Positions 39,622 to 47,400 of a DNA stretch of 62,192 bases are shown piece after piece. Source of the stretch: Dehalococcoidia bacterium (lineage in GTDB: Bacteria > Chloroflexota > Dehalococcoidia > GIF9 > AB-539-J10); contig JAGGYM010000011.1 in NCBI GenBank assembly GCA_021162545.1, forward strand, positions 1-62,192. The letters are read 5' to 3'. A program made the position numbers and the translations under genes. Positions within the stretch are counted from its first letter, which is position 1; the number at the start of each line of letters is the position of its first letter. The notes below the pieces were generated by a model. It was not told where the DNA came from. It did not search any database and worked only from the letters and a program-made list of their open reading frames with translations.

Positions 39622-41148
39622 GTGACCAAAGCGATCCTGGTAATAGACATGCTTCGGGGTTTCCTGGAGGAAAACCATCCCCTTTACTGCGGACCTTCCG
39701 CTCGCAGCATCATCCCCAACGTGCAGAAATTGCTGAAGCGAGAATTGGGCCAAGGGGCAAGGGTCTTTTACCTGTGCGACAGCCATGCTCCCGATGACCC
39801 CGAGTTCCAAATATTTCCTCCTCACTGTATTGAAGGCACCCCTGAGGCTGAACTTATTTCCGAGTTGCGGGAGTATCCCGGCGAAATAATCCGCAAAAGG
39901 CACTTCAGCGCTTTCTACAACACATCCCTAGAGGAAAAATTAAAGGAGCTTAACCCTGCAACCGTGGTTATCTGCGGCGTATGCACCGACATCTGCGTCT
40001 TACATACGGTAGCTGATACCAGGAATCGGGGATACCAAGTCGAGGTGCCTACAGATTGCGTTGCTTCTTTTAACAATAAAGCTCATGCCTTCGCCCTGGA
40101 ACATATAGAAAAGGTGCTTGGAGCAAAGCTGGTCAGCCCCGAAATTAGCGTGCCCAAACCAGAGATCGATATTCCCGATGCATGGTTAAGGGGAGAAACT
40201 GCCGATATTTACTTCCCCCGCACGGTGGAAATACTCAGGAAAGAGGGCATAAACCCCGTGGCAACCATGGAGGTGTTCCCCAGGCAAAACGGACTGCTCT
40301 GCGGCGTAGAAGAAGTCAAGGCACTGCTGAAGAAGGGTCTCCCGGGAAATGACCACGAGGTCTGGATACTCCCCGAAGGTGCTCCTTTCACCAGGAAAGA
40401 GGTGGTACTGCGCATCAAGGCTCCCTACCAGAGCTACGGCATTTATGAGACCTCCTACTTGGGCATCCTTGCTCACTGCAGCGGCTGGGCCACCGCCGCC
40501 CGGGAATGCGTTGATGCCGCCCGGGGCATCCCCATTATCAGCTTTGGGGCGCGCCACATCCACCCGTCGGTAGTGGGAGCCATGGAATACTCTGCCATAG
40601 TGGGAGGATGTACCAGCTGTGCCAGCACCGTCGGGGCCTCCCTTGCCGGCATAAAACCCACGGGAACCATACCCCACGCCCTCATCATAATCATGGGCAG
40701 CACTGTTCAGGCCACCCTCGCTTTCGATAAACACATGCCTCCCGATGTGCCCCGCCTTGCCCTGGTGGACACCTTTGAAGATGAGGTCAGGGAAAGCATC
40801 AACGTCGCCAAGGCAATGAAGGGAAGGTTGCAGGGAATAAGGTTAGACACCCCTTCAGAAAGGGGTAGAGTTACCGCCGATCTGGTTAAAGAGGTAAGGG
40901 CATGGCTTGATCTGGAAGAATTTAGAGAAGTAAAGATCGTGGTCAGTGGAGGCCTCGACCCAGAGCGCATACGCTACTTCATCTCTGAAGGAGCTCCTGT
41001 TGATATCTTCGCTGTCGGCAGCTACATCAGCGGCGCCAGCCCTATCAACTTCACCGCCGACCTGCATGAGGTAGACGGCAAGCCAGTTGCCAAAAGGGGC
41101 AGAACGCCGGGCATAACTCCCAACCCCAAGCTGATGAGAGTACTGTAA
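39622..41148 (+). CDS. fusion protein: nicotinamidase-like isochorismatase-fold domain (aa ~1-180) + nicotinate phosphoribosyltransferase (aa ~190-508)
   Basis: N-terminal half: AILVIDMLRGF, DSHAPDDPEF..PPHCIEGTPEAEL, RKRHFSAF and VICGVCTDICV (PncA-like D/K/C and metal site). C-terminal half: ADIYFPRT..., GARHIHP, GTIPHALI, LVDTFEDE, GIRLDTP, VSGGL (archaeal-type NaPRTase). Confidence 0.8.
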   Translation: MTKAILVIDMLRGFLEENHPLYCGPSARSIIPNVQKLLKRELGQGARVFYLCDSHAPDDPEFQIFPPHCIEGTPEAELISELREYPGEIIRKRHFSAFYNTSLEEKLKELNPATVVICGVCTDICVLHTVADTRNRGYQVEVPTDCVASFNNKAHAFALEHIEKVLGAKLVSPEISVPKPEIDIPDAWLRGETADIYFPRTVEILRKEGINPVATMEVFPRQNGLLCGVEEVKALLKKGLPGNDHEVWILPEGAPFTRKEVVLRIKAPYQSYGIYETSYLGILAHCSGWATAARECVDAARGIPIISFGARHIHPSVVGAMEYSAIVGGCTSCASTVGASLAGIKPTGTIPHALIIIMGSTVQATLAFDKHMPPDVPRLALVDTFEDEVRESINVAKAMKGRLQGIRLDTPSERGRVTADLVKEVRAWLDLEEFREVKIVVSGGLDPERIRYFISEGAPVDIFAVGSYISGASPINFTADLHEVDGKPVAKRGRTPGITPNPKLMRVL

Positions 41149-41156
41149 GAGCCGCC

Positions 41157-41999
41157 TCAGCTATCCCCAGGACAATCGGAACGAATCCGCTTCACTTCCT
41201 CAACTATCGCGGGCAATATCTCCCCCGTCTTCCCTTGAATGAAATAATCCGATATGCCTTCACAGGTAAGTGACGTCGGTTCGGCATTCACCTCAATTAT
41301 CTTTACATTAGCTGTGCTCTCACCTGAAAGTGAGCCATAACGAGCTATTCCACGGCGGAATTTTGCCACACGGGGCAAGGAAGCAAAGGGGTAAACGACC
41401 GCGGAGGTTCCACAGACGAGCATCAAATCACACCTCAAGGCCTCTTTCTCCGATTCCTCCATGACATCTGAGGGTATCGGCTCCTTGAAGTGAACCACAT
41501 CATACTTCAGCGGCGCACCGCACCTGCAACGAGGGGGCAATTCATCCAGAGAAACCTCATCAAGGTCAAATCTCGCTCCGCAAGAGACACACCGCAACCT
41601 GGAAACGCTGCCATGATATTCCCATACCTTCCTATTCCCCGCCTTCACATGTAAACCATCAATGTTTTGCGTGACGACGCATTTTAGAATCCCCAGGCCT
41701 TCAAGCTCCGCCAGAGCATGGTGCCCGGGATTTGGTTCTGCCTCCCTGATTTTTCCATAAAACTCTCCGTAAGCCCCCCCCGTCCCCATCATCTCTTCCC
41801 AGTACGCTCCGGGGTTCGTCAGAAAGAGCTCATACCTTTCATAAGCCCTGGCCTCTGCCTTCTTGTCCGTGGTCCAGAGACCCTTCGGTCCCCTGAAATC
41901 GGGAATAGCCGACTCGGTTGATATACCGGCTCCAGTCAATGCGATGACATACTTGCTCACCAGAATATCTTTCGCCGCCAGCTGAATTAGTTTTTCCAT
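41157..41999 (-). CDS. cobB: NAD-dependent protein deacylase (Sir2 family)
   Basis: Start trimmed to MEKLIQLAAKDI (ATG 41999, GGAGG 7 nt upstream). Motifs: GAGISTESAIPDFRG, TQNIDGLH and Zn site CVSCG...CRCG. Confidence 0.9.
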   Translation of the reverse strand: MEKLIQLAAKDILVSKYVIALTGAGISTESAIPDFRGPKGLWTTDKKAEARAYERYELFLTNPGAYWEEMMGTGGAYGEFYGKIREAEPNPGHHALAELEGLGILKCVVTQNIDGLHVKAGNRKVWEYHGSVSRLRCVSCGARFDLDEVSLDELPPRCRCGAPLKYDVVHFKEPIPSDVMEESEKEALRCDLMLVCGTSAVVYPFASLPRVAKFRRGIARYGSLSGESTANVKIIEVNAEPTSLTCEGISDYFIQGKTGEILPAIVEEVKRIRSDCPGDS

Positions 42000-42131
42000 T
42001 TCCCGCCTCCTGAAAAATACCTCTATTTTCCCTTTCATGCTCCGGAGGGAACACAAGCTTCGCCTCCCAGCGAGAGCACATCCTCCTCCGACCACAGCAA
42101 CCGCGCTCCAGATCTAAACCATAAACAAGCA

Positions 42132-42554
42132 TCATAAAACCCTTTTCCCCGGAGGAACATCTCTCTCCGATTGAACCAGTACCACCTCATCATCATCCCT
42201 CACCACTCCCAGCACCAGAACTTCAGAGACAAAATCAGTAACCTGCAGCGGGGGAGGATTCACCATCGCCATGACAAGCCTGCCCGCCAGTTCTTCCCTG
42301 TGGTAACACTTCGCGATCTGAGCGCTCGACTGTTTCGTTCCCAGAGGACCGAAGTCTATCCAGAGTTTATAAGCGGGCTTTCGCGCTTCGGAAAAATCGC
42401 CAACCCTGACAATTCTGCCAGCGCGCAGATCCACTTTCTCAAAAAGCCGCGGGCAACCTTTTTCACCCTGATATTCTCCCCAGACAACAGGCCTCTCCCT
42501 GCACGCCTTAAGTATATATGAAACCTCTCCATTATTCCCAGCAGGAAAAACCAT
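42132..42554 (-). CDS. csaA: tRNA-binding (CsaA/EMAP-like OB-fold) protein
   Basis: FEKVDLRAGRIVRVGDFSEARKPAYKLWIDFG..KQSSAQI matches the CsaA/YgjH pattern. There is an N-terminal extension of about 36 aa, and the start is uncertain. Confidence 0.65.
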   Translation of the reverse strand: MVFPAGNNGEVSYILKACRERPVVWGEYQGEKGCPRLFEKVDLRAGRIVRVGDFSEARKPAYKLWIDFGPLGTKQSSAQIAKCYHREELAGRLVMAMVNPPPLQVTDFVSEVLVLGVVRDDDEVVLVQSERDVPPGKRVL

Positions 42555-42948
42555 CTCTCAAATCGCCGCTGGAGGAAGGCCCGCACAAACCATAGCCCCA
42601 TGAACAAACTAAAAACCTGGCACATGCCACCTCGCCTTTATGCCGCACCAGGAAATATCCATCCCTCGAGGTCAAGCAAAATACTTCTGCGCACCTACGA
42701 GCATAAGCCACAGAACTTCGCATCCTTGCTGGGGCCGGAGGGAGCAGAAATGAAACCGGCGATAAAGAGAAGATAGATGCCTCCGGACGCCTCAGAGACT
42801 GGTGGTGAGATAGGGCAGCACCGCCGCATGGCTCAGCCCCAAAGAATTTTGCCGACAAGAGCCATCAAATCTCACTTTTACATCTTGCCAAGGGGAGCAA
42901 AGTATCGGATAATATAACAGGGTAGATAAAAAGAGAGGAGGTGTAATC

Positions 42949-43245
42949 ATGGTAAGGGTCATGATAAAACGCAAGGTAAAAGCAGGAGAAGAAGGGAAGT
43001 TACAGGAAGCGCTCAAGGACTTCAGATCAGCGGCGCTGTACCAGCGAGGGTACATCACGGGAGAAACTCTGGTGAGAACTGAGGACCCCAGAATATTTCT
43101 GGTCATGAGCACCTGGGATTCTCTGGAAAACTGGAATGCGTGGCACGAAAACGAACGGCGCGTGCAACTCGCTGACCTGCTCAGGCCACACCTTGAGGAA
43201 GACGAGCAGTTTTTCGTCTACTACGTAGTCGGAAGGGAAATCTGA
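42949..43245 (+). CDS. antibiotic biosynthesis monooxygenase (ABM) domain protein
   Basis: 98 aa with a strong SD (GAGGAGG). ...FLVMSTWDSLENWNAWHENE... is typical of dimeric alpha/beta-barrel ABM proteins. Confidence 0.7.
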   Translation: MVRVMIKRKVKAGEEGKLQEALKDFRSAALYQRGYITGETLVRTEDPRIFLVMSTWDSLENWNAWHENERRVQLADLLRPHLEEDEQFFVYYVVGREI

Positions 43246-43300
43246 ACAGGAAACCCAGAGCAACTCCTATCAGACGCGCAGTTCATCCTGCTGAAATGAT

Positions 43301-43789
43301 ATGTCTTGGCTGGACACAGTTATCGTAGCGGTCTCCCTGATACTGGGACTGGCTGGTTTGTGGAAGGGAATTTTCAGGACTGCTTTTGGAATTGCCGGAT
43401 TGGTGGGAGGCATCTATCTGGCAGGGCGCTACTCTGAGCCGCTTGCCAGTTCGCTTTTCTCCAGCGGAGCTACTTGGACAGAGGTAGCTGCCTATGCCAT
43501 CATTCTGGTCTCCACTGTGATAGTAGCCAGCATCATCGGATGGTTCATCGCCAGGCTCATTCACCTTACGTTCCTTGGCTGGATAGACAGACTCGTCGGA
43601 TTCATCCTCGGAGCCGGGATCGGAGCCGTGCTTTGTGCTGCTGTGCTCGCTACCGCAAGCAAATACCTCCCCGCGATGGAAAGCGCTGTCTTCATCTCTC
43701 CGCTGGCAAAACTCCTGCTGGAGTACTTTCCTTCGTTACTGGCACTTCTCCCGGGAGAATTCGACTTCGCCAGGAATTTCTTCATCTAA
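43301..43789 (+). CDS. cvpA: CvpA family membrane protein
   Basis: 162 aa with four hydrophobic helices and N-terminal WLDTVIVAVSLILGLAGLWKGIFR, typical of CvpA. Confidence 0.75.
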   Translation: MSWLDTVIVAVSLILGLAGLWKGIFRTAFGIAGLVGGIYLAGRYSEPLASSLFSSGATWTEVAAYAIILVSTVIVASIIGWFIARLIHLTFLGWIDRLVGFILGAGIGAVLCAAVLATASKYLPAMESAVFISPLAKLLLEYFPSLLALLPGEFDFARNFFI

Positions 43790-43826
43790 CTTCCCCCACT
43801 CCGATAACAGGCATCTCACCCAGGCA

Positions 43827-44153
43827 TCATTCTGCCAGGACTTCGTCCAGGATCTTTTTAAACTCTCTCTTAGCTTTATACCCCACGACCTGCCGTACAG
43901 GCCGGCCTTCCTTAAATACCAGCATTGTGGGAATGGCCGCTATGCCATATTTGCGGGCGACAGAATTATTCTCATCGACGTTCACTTTAAAGAAATTCAC
44001 CCTCCCTTCATACTCAGCAGCCAGATCTTCCAGCAGGGGAGCTGCAGCCAGGCAAGGAGCGCACCACTGCGCCCAGAAATCTATCCATGCAGGCACCTTG
44101 GAATCCAACACCTTCTTCTGGAAATCGTCTTCACCTACTATATTCTGCACCAT
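43827..44153 (-). CDS. trxA: thioredoxin
   Basis: 108 aa with active site WAQWCAPC (CAPC variant of CGPC). Confidence 0.9.
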   Translation of the reverse strand: MVQNIVGEDDFQKKVLDSKVPAWIDFWAQWCAPCLAAAPLLEDLAAEYEGRVNFFKVNVDENNSVARKYGIAAIPTMLVFKEGRPVRQVVGYKAKREFKKILDEVLAE

Positions 44154-44212
44154 TTACTTTACCTCCTGTGTCTTTAAACTTTAAAGGGACATGAGAATAC
44201 TCCAACACGCAT

Positions 44213-44980
44213 TTAGAGAAGAGAAAAAAGGGACAAGGCATTCCTCGTAGTATATTCAGCAACCGTGTCTTCGTCAACACCCTTAAGCTCGGCAACAGCT
44301 TTTAGAGACCTGAGAACATCGGCAGGCTGCGATTCATATCTCTCTTCTCTGCCGTAAGCAACGGGACTATCCGTTTCCAGCAATATTCTCTTCAAGGGCG
44401 CTGCTTTCACTGCCCTCCGGTGTTCTTCATGATACTCAGCAGCTGGCGTTGCAGAGACAAAATATCCAGCATCTATTATACCCCTAAGAACGCTGGAAAA
44501 ACCAGTGAACCAGTGGAAGACAACTTTTTTTATCCCCGAACCCTGAACTACCTGTAATGCGTCCTTCCAGGCATATCTGCTGTGTATGATCGCCGGCTTA
44601 TCATTTTTTACCGCTACCTCCAGACATCGCTGTAAAACCTCCTTCTGCCAATCTCTGCCCGTGACACTCACCACCCTTTTGTGATAATCCAGCCCTATCT
44701 CACCGACAGCCACTGCCCCTGCGATGTTATTCTCAATGAACCGCAAAGCCTCCTCCACCCCGGGAGGCCCCATGTCCGCCAATTCACAGGGATGCAACCC
44801 CAGCGCCGCATGGACAAAAGAGCCGTGCCTGTGAGCGATTTTTAGCGTTTCCGCATTCGACTGGCAACTTGAACCCACCGCCACTATGGCGGTAACCCCA
44901 ATCGCCCTGGCCTTCTCGATTGCCGAACAGGGATCCTGCAATTCATCCAGATGAGCATGGGTATCAATAAGCTGATACAT
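44213..44980 (-). CDS. tatD: TatD family metal-dependent hydrolase
   Basis: Start trimmed to MYQLIDTHAHLDEL (ATG 44980). Confidence 0.88.
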   Translation of the reverse strand: MYQLIDTHAHLDELQDPCSAIEKARAIGVTAIVAVGSSCQSNAETLKIAHRHGSFVHAALGLHPCELADMGPPGVEEALRFIENNIAGAVAVGEIGLDYHKRVVSVTGRDWQKEVLQRCLEVAVKNDKPAIIHSRYAWKDALQVVQGSGIKKVVFHWFTGFSSVLRGIIDAGYFVSATPAAEYHEEHRRAVKAAPLKRILLETDSPVAYGREERYESQPADVLRSLKAVAELKGVDEDTVAEYTTRNALSLFSLL

Positions 44981-45060
44981 TCTAGAATTCCTCAGCAATA
45001 CACATGACGTTAGCTCTTCAACCACCCTACAAAGGCAATCTCTCTGCCGCTCTCCTTTCC

Positions 45061-45828
45061 TCAAACCCTGATCTTAACTGAGAGATACAGGTCACCGGGA
45101 ACCTGTCCTTTCAAGCCCATACCCTTCAACTTTATCTTCGTGTCTTGAACAACTCCTGGCGGCACTCTGACGATAAGTTTTTTCTTCTCATCACCTCTCT
45201 TATAGTTGATTTTCCTGTCACATCCCGCCTCTGCTTCACGGGAAGAAAGGACAATTTCCTGGTACAGGTTCCCTCCCGCCCACTGACGGGGAAAGTCCCT
45301 CAATCCCAGCATTTTTCTAAGGGCAAACCCCAATACCTTCCCCCCCAGTCGCATCAGCAATGGCAGTCTGTATCCCCGGGAGGAAAAGGCAGCAGGCTGC
45401 CTCCTCTCGCCGGGCTGAGCAAAAAAGGAGAAGGCAAACCCCTGACCACCAAAGAAGGTATCATTAACAAACCCTCTGTCAAACCTCAAACCCGCTTCTT
45501 GAAACATCCTGAATATCTCCTGGAATTGCTGCGGATTGGTAAAGGCATCGCGGAACACCTGCTCCTGGCTATAGTATCGCTCCCTGGCGTATTGAGACCG
45601 ATATCCGCCAAAGCTCGCCTGCCCTCTCCTGTCATATTCTCCCCTCTTGCCTTCATCCCTCAATACAGCATAGGCCTCGTTGATCTCCTTGAACTTCTCC
45701 TCAGCCGCTTTCTCGTTGCCCGGGTTCCTGTCCGGATGATATCGCATGGCAAGATTTCTAAAAGCATGCTTTATCTCTTCCTGCCCGGATCTCCGGGAAA
45801 CACCCAGAATAGAGTAATAATCTTTCAT
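45061..45828 (-). CDS. J-domain (DnaJ/CbpA-like) protein
   Basis: Start trimmed to [10 protein letters not shown]...YHPDRNPG (HPD motif). It has a short DnaJ-type C-terminal segment and no Zn-finger domain. Confidence 0.85.
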   Translation of the reverse strand: MKDYYSILGVSRRSGQEEIKHAFRNLAMRYHPDRNPGNEKAAEEKFKEINEAYAVLRDEGKRGEYDRRGQASFGGYRSQYARERYYSQEQVFRDAFTNPQQFQEIFRMFQEAGLRFDRGFVNDTFFGGQGFAFSFFAQPGERRQPAAFSSRGYRLPLLMRLGGKVLGFALRKMLGLRDFPRQWAGGNLYQEIVLSSREAEAGCDRKINYKRGDEKKKLIVRVPPGVVQDTKIKLKGMGLKGQVPGDLYLSVKIRV

Positions 45829-45894
45829 TTCAGCGTACATCCCCAACAGCATACCATTTTAGCGAGCGCAGGTTACAATGGCAAGTGAACGGGC

Positions 45895-46302
45895 CTATTC
45901 TTCCTCATCTCTGTCCTTTTCCGCCGGTCTCACCAGCAACGTCATCCCCTCCACCCCATCCACCACGACTTCCTTTCGCGCAGCGATATCCTCCTCCGAC
46001 CTGGCCTGCCAGAGCTCACCTCTGATTCGGATATATCCCCGTGGGGAGAGAGGAATCTCAACTTTGCATTTTGTGCCAATCAGGGTCTTCAGGGAAAGCA
46101 ACGGGCTCATGTCCAATGCTCTTTTGCCCAGCCAGTAACTGACGGCGCAATACGCTCCCAGAACGGACATCAAAACGATCAGCGCCCAGAGAGGGAGGTA
46201 CACCTCGAACCTGGGGAGCAAATCGAGGACAATCACTGCTAGCATCGCCTCCCAGATCAAGGAAGTTACAATAGACCAAATCGTATATCCCTTACTTGGC
46301 AT
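45895..46302 (-). CDS. NfeD family membrane protein
   Basis: 135 aa with N-terminal TM helices and a C-terminal OB-fold pattern (G.KCKVEIPLSPRGYIRIRGELWQARS). Confidence 0.75.
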   Translation of the reverse strand: MPSKGYTIWSIVTSLIWEAMLAVIVLDLLPRFEVYLPLWALIVLMSVLGAYCAVSYWLGKRALDMSPLLSLKTLIGTKCKVEIPLSPRGYIRIRGELWQARSEEDIAARKEVVVDGVEGMTLLVRPAEKDRDEEE

Positions 46303-46439
46303 TTTCTCTCACTCTGACCATATTATAAGAAAATAGGCCACCTCACGATAGGTACCACCAGGATTCCCTGGCATAAACAGCTGTTTTTCCTCAAGGAAAC
46401 TTTCGCTCGCAGGGGAATTTGACATGCCAGAGCAAATCT

Positions 46440-46467
46440 GGTTAACTAAACTTTAATTATGGTTAAC
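46440..46467 (+). promoter_or_regulatory. BirA operator-like inverted repeat overlapping the birA -10 box and start codon
   Basis: GGTTAAC-taaactttaattat-GGTTAAC. The GTTAAC cores are 15 nt apart and resemble the TGT(T/A)AACC-N-GGTT(T/A)ACA bio operator consensus, from memory. A candidate promoter is TTGACA (46419-46424), 17 nt spacer, TTAACT (46442-46447). Confidence 0.55.
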
Positions 46468-47394
46468 CAACTGAGAACAGACATTCTGAAGGCCCTCAAA
46501 GAAAGCGCTGGTCACGTTTCAGGTGAAGCATTGAGCCGCCATCTGGGCACCTCCAGAGTCGCCATCTGGAAGCACATACGCCGCCTGCGCCAGGACGGCT
46601 ATGCCATAGAGTCCTCCTCCCTGGGATACCGCTTGAACTCTTCTCCGAACCTGTTGCTCCCCTACGAGTTCCCGGGGATGGAACAGAAAATTCATCATTC
46701 CAGCGAAGTCAGCTCCACCATGGACATCGCCAGAGAGCTGGCCAGAAATGGAGCTGCTGCGGGAACGGTCGTCATTGCGGAGAGCCAATCCCGGGGCAGG
46801 GGCAGGCTGGAGAGAAAATGGTACTCCCCTCAAGGAGGAATCTACCTGAGTATCATTTTAAGGCCGCAGGTCACGCCAGCGTATGCCCCCAGGATAAACC
46901 TGATGGTTGCAGTAGCTATAGCCAGAACCATCAGAGAGCTCTTTGGTTTGAAGGCAGAATTGAAGTGGCCCAATGACGTCCTCATTGAAGGCAAAAAGGT
47001 GTGCGGCATACTGGCTGAAATGGACGCTGAAATGGACATGGTGAATTACGTCAGCGTGGGCATAGGCTTAAATGCCAATGCCGTCGTTTCCGGGCACGAA
47101 GAAAATGCTGTATCGCTGAGGGAGAAGGTAGGAAGAGAGATCTCCAGGAAGGAATTCTGCAACTCCGCGCTCAGGGCAATAGAAGAGATACAAATCATGT
47201 TAACCGGAGCGGATTTGCTTGATGAGTGGAGGGACCTCTCCTCCACTCTGAACAGAGAGGTACGCATCACAGCACCGGGCGAGGTCATAGAAGGGCAAGC
47301 GGTCGACATCGATGACCATGGAGCACTCATGGTAAAAACCGGGGATGGTGTTCTGAGGCACATCTTCGCTGGAGATTGTATTCACTTAAGGTAG
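46459..47394 (+). CDS. birA: bifunctional biotin--protein ligase / biotin operon repressor (class II BirA)
   Basis: 311 aa with an N-terminal HTH (GEALSRHLGTSRVAIWKHIRRLRQDGY) and catalytic GRGRLERKW. Confidence 0.92.
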   Translation: MVNQLRTDILKALKESAGHVSGEALSRHLGTSRVAIWKHIRRLRQDGYAIESSSLGYRLNSSPNLLLPYEFPGMEQKIHHSSEVSSTMDIARELARNGAAAGTVVIAESQSRGRGRLERKWYSPQGGIYLSIILRPQVTPAYAPRINLMVAVAIARTIRELFGLKAELKWPNDVLIEGKKVCGILAEMDAEMDMVNYVSVGIGLNANAVVSGHEENAVSLREKVGREISRKEFCNSALRAIEEIQIMLTGADLLDEWRDLSSTLNREVRITAPGEVIEGQAVDIDDHGALMVKTGDGVLRHIFAGDCIHLR

Positions 47395-47400
47395 TCCCCT

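Noticed and set aside
41999-42095. N-terminal extensions in the ORF track for cobB, tatD (to 45064), the methyltransferase (to 58527), the J-domain protein, rpsD, rplW, rpmC, gmk, the Fe-ADH, metK (to 54225) and yraN (from 6614).
   Set aside because: In each case the conserved family N-terminus begins at an internal start codon preceded by an AGGAGG-like SD. The extension overlaps the upstream gene or is compositionally aberrant.
42555-42948. RNase P RNA, tmRNA, SRP RNA or 6S RNA in the long csaA/ABM intergenic gap.
   Set aside because: On either strand I see no GAGGAAAGUCC-type P4 motif, no tmRNA tRNA-like 3' end or tag ORF, and no SRP GGAA/AGCA domain IV motif. The gap is kept as an unexplained structured region in the findings.
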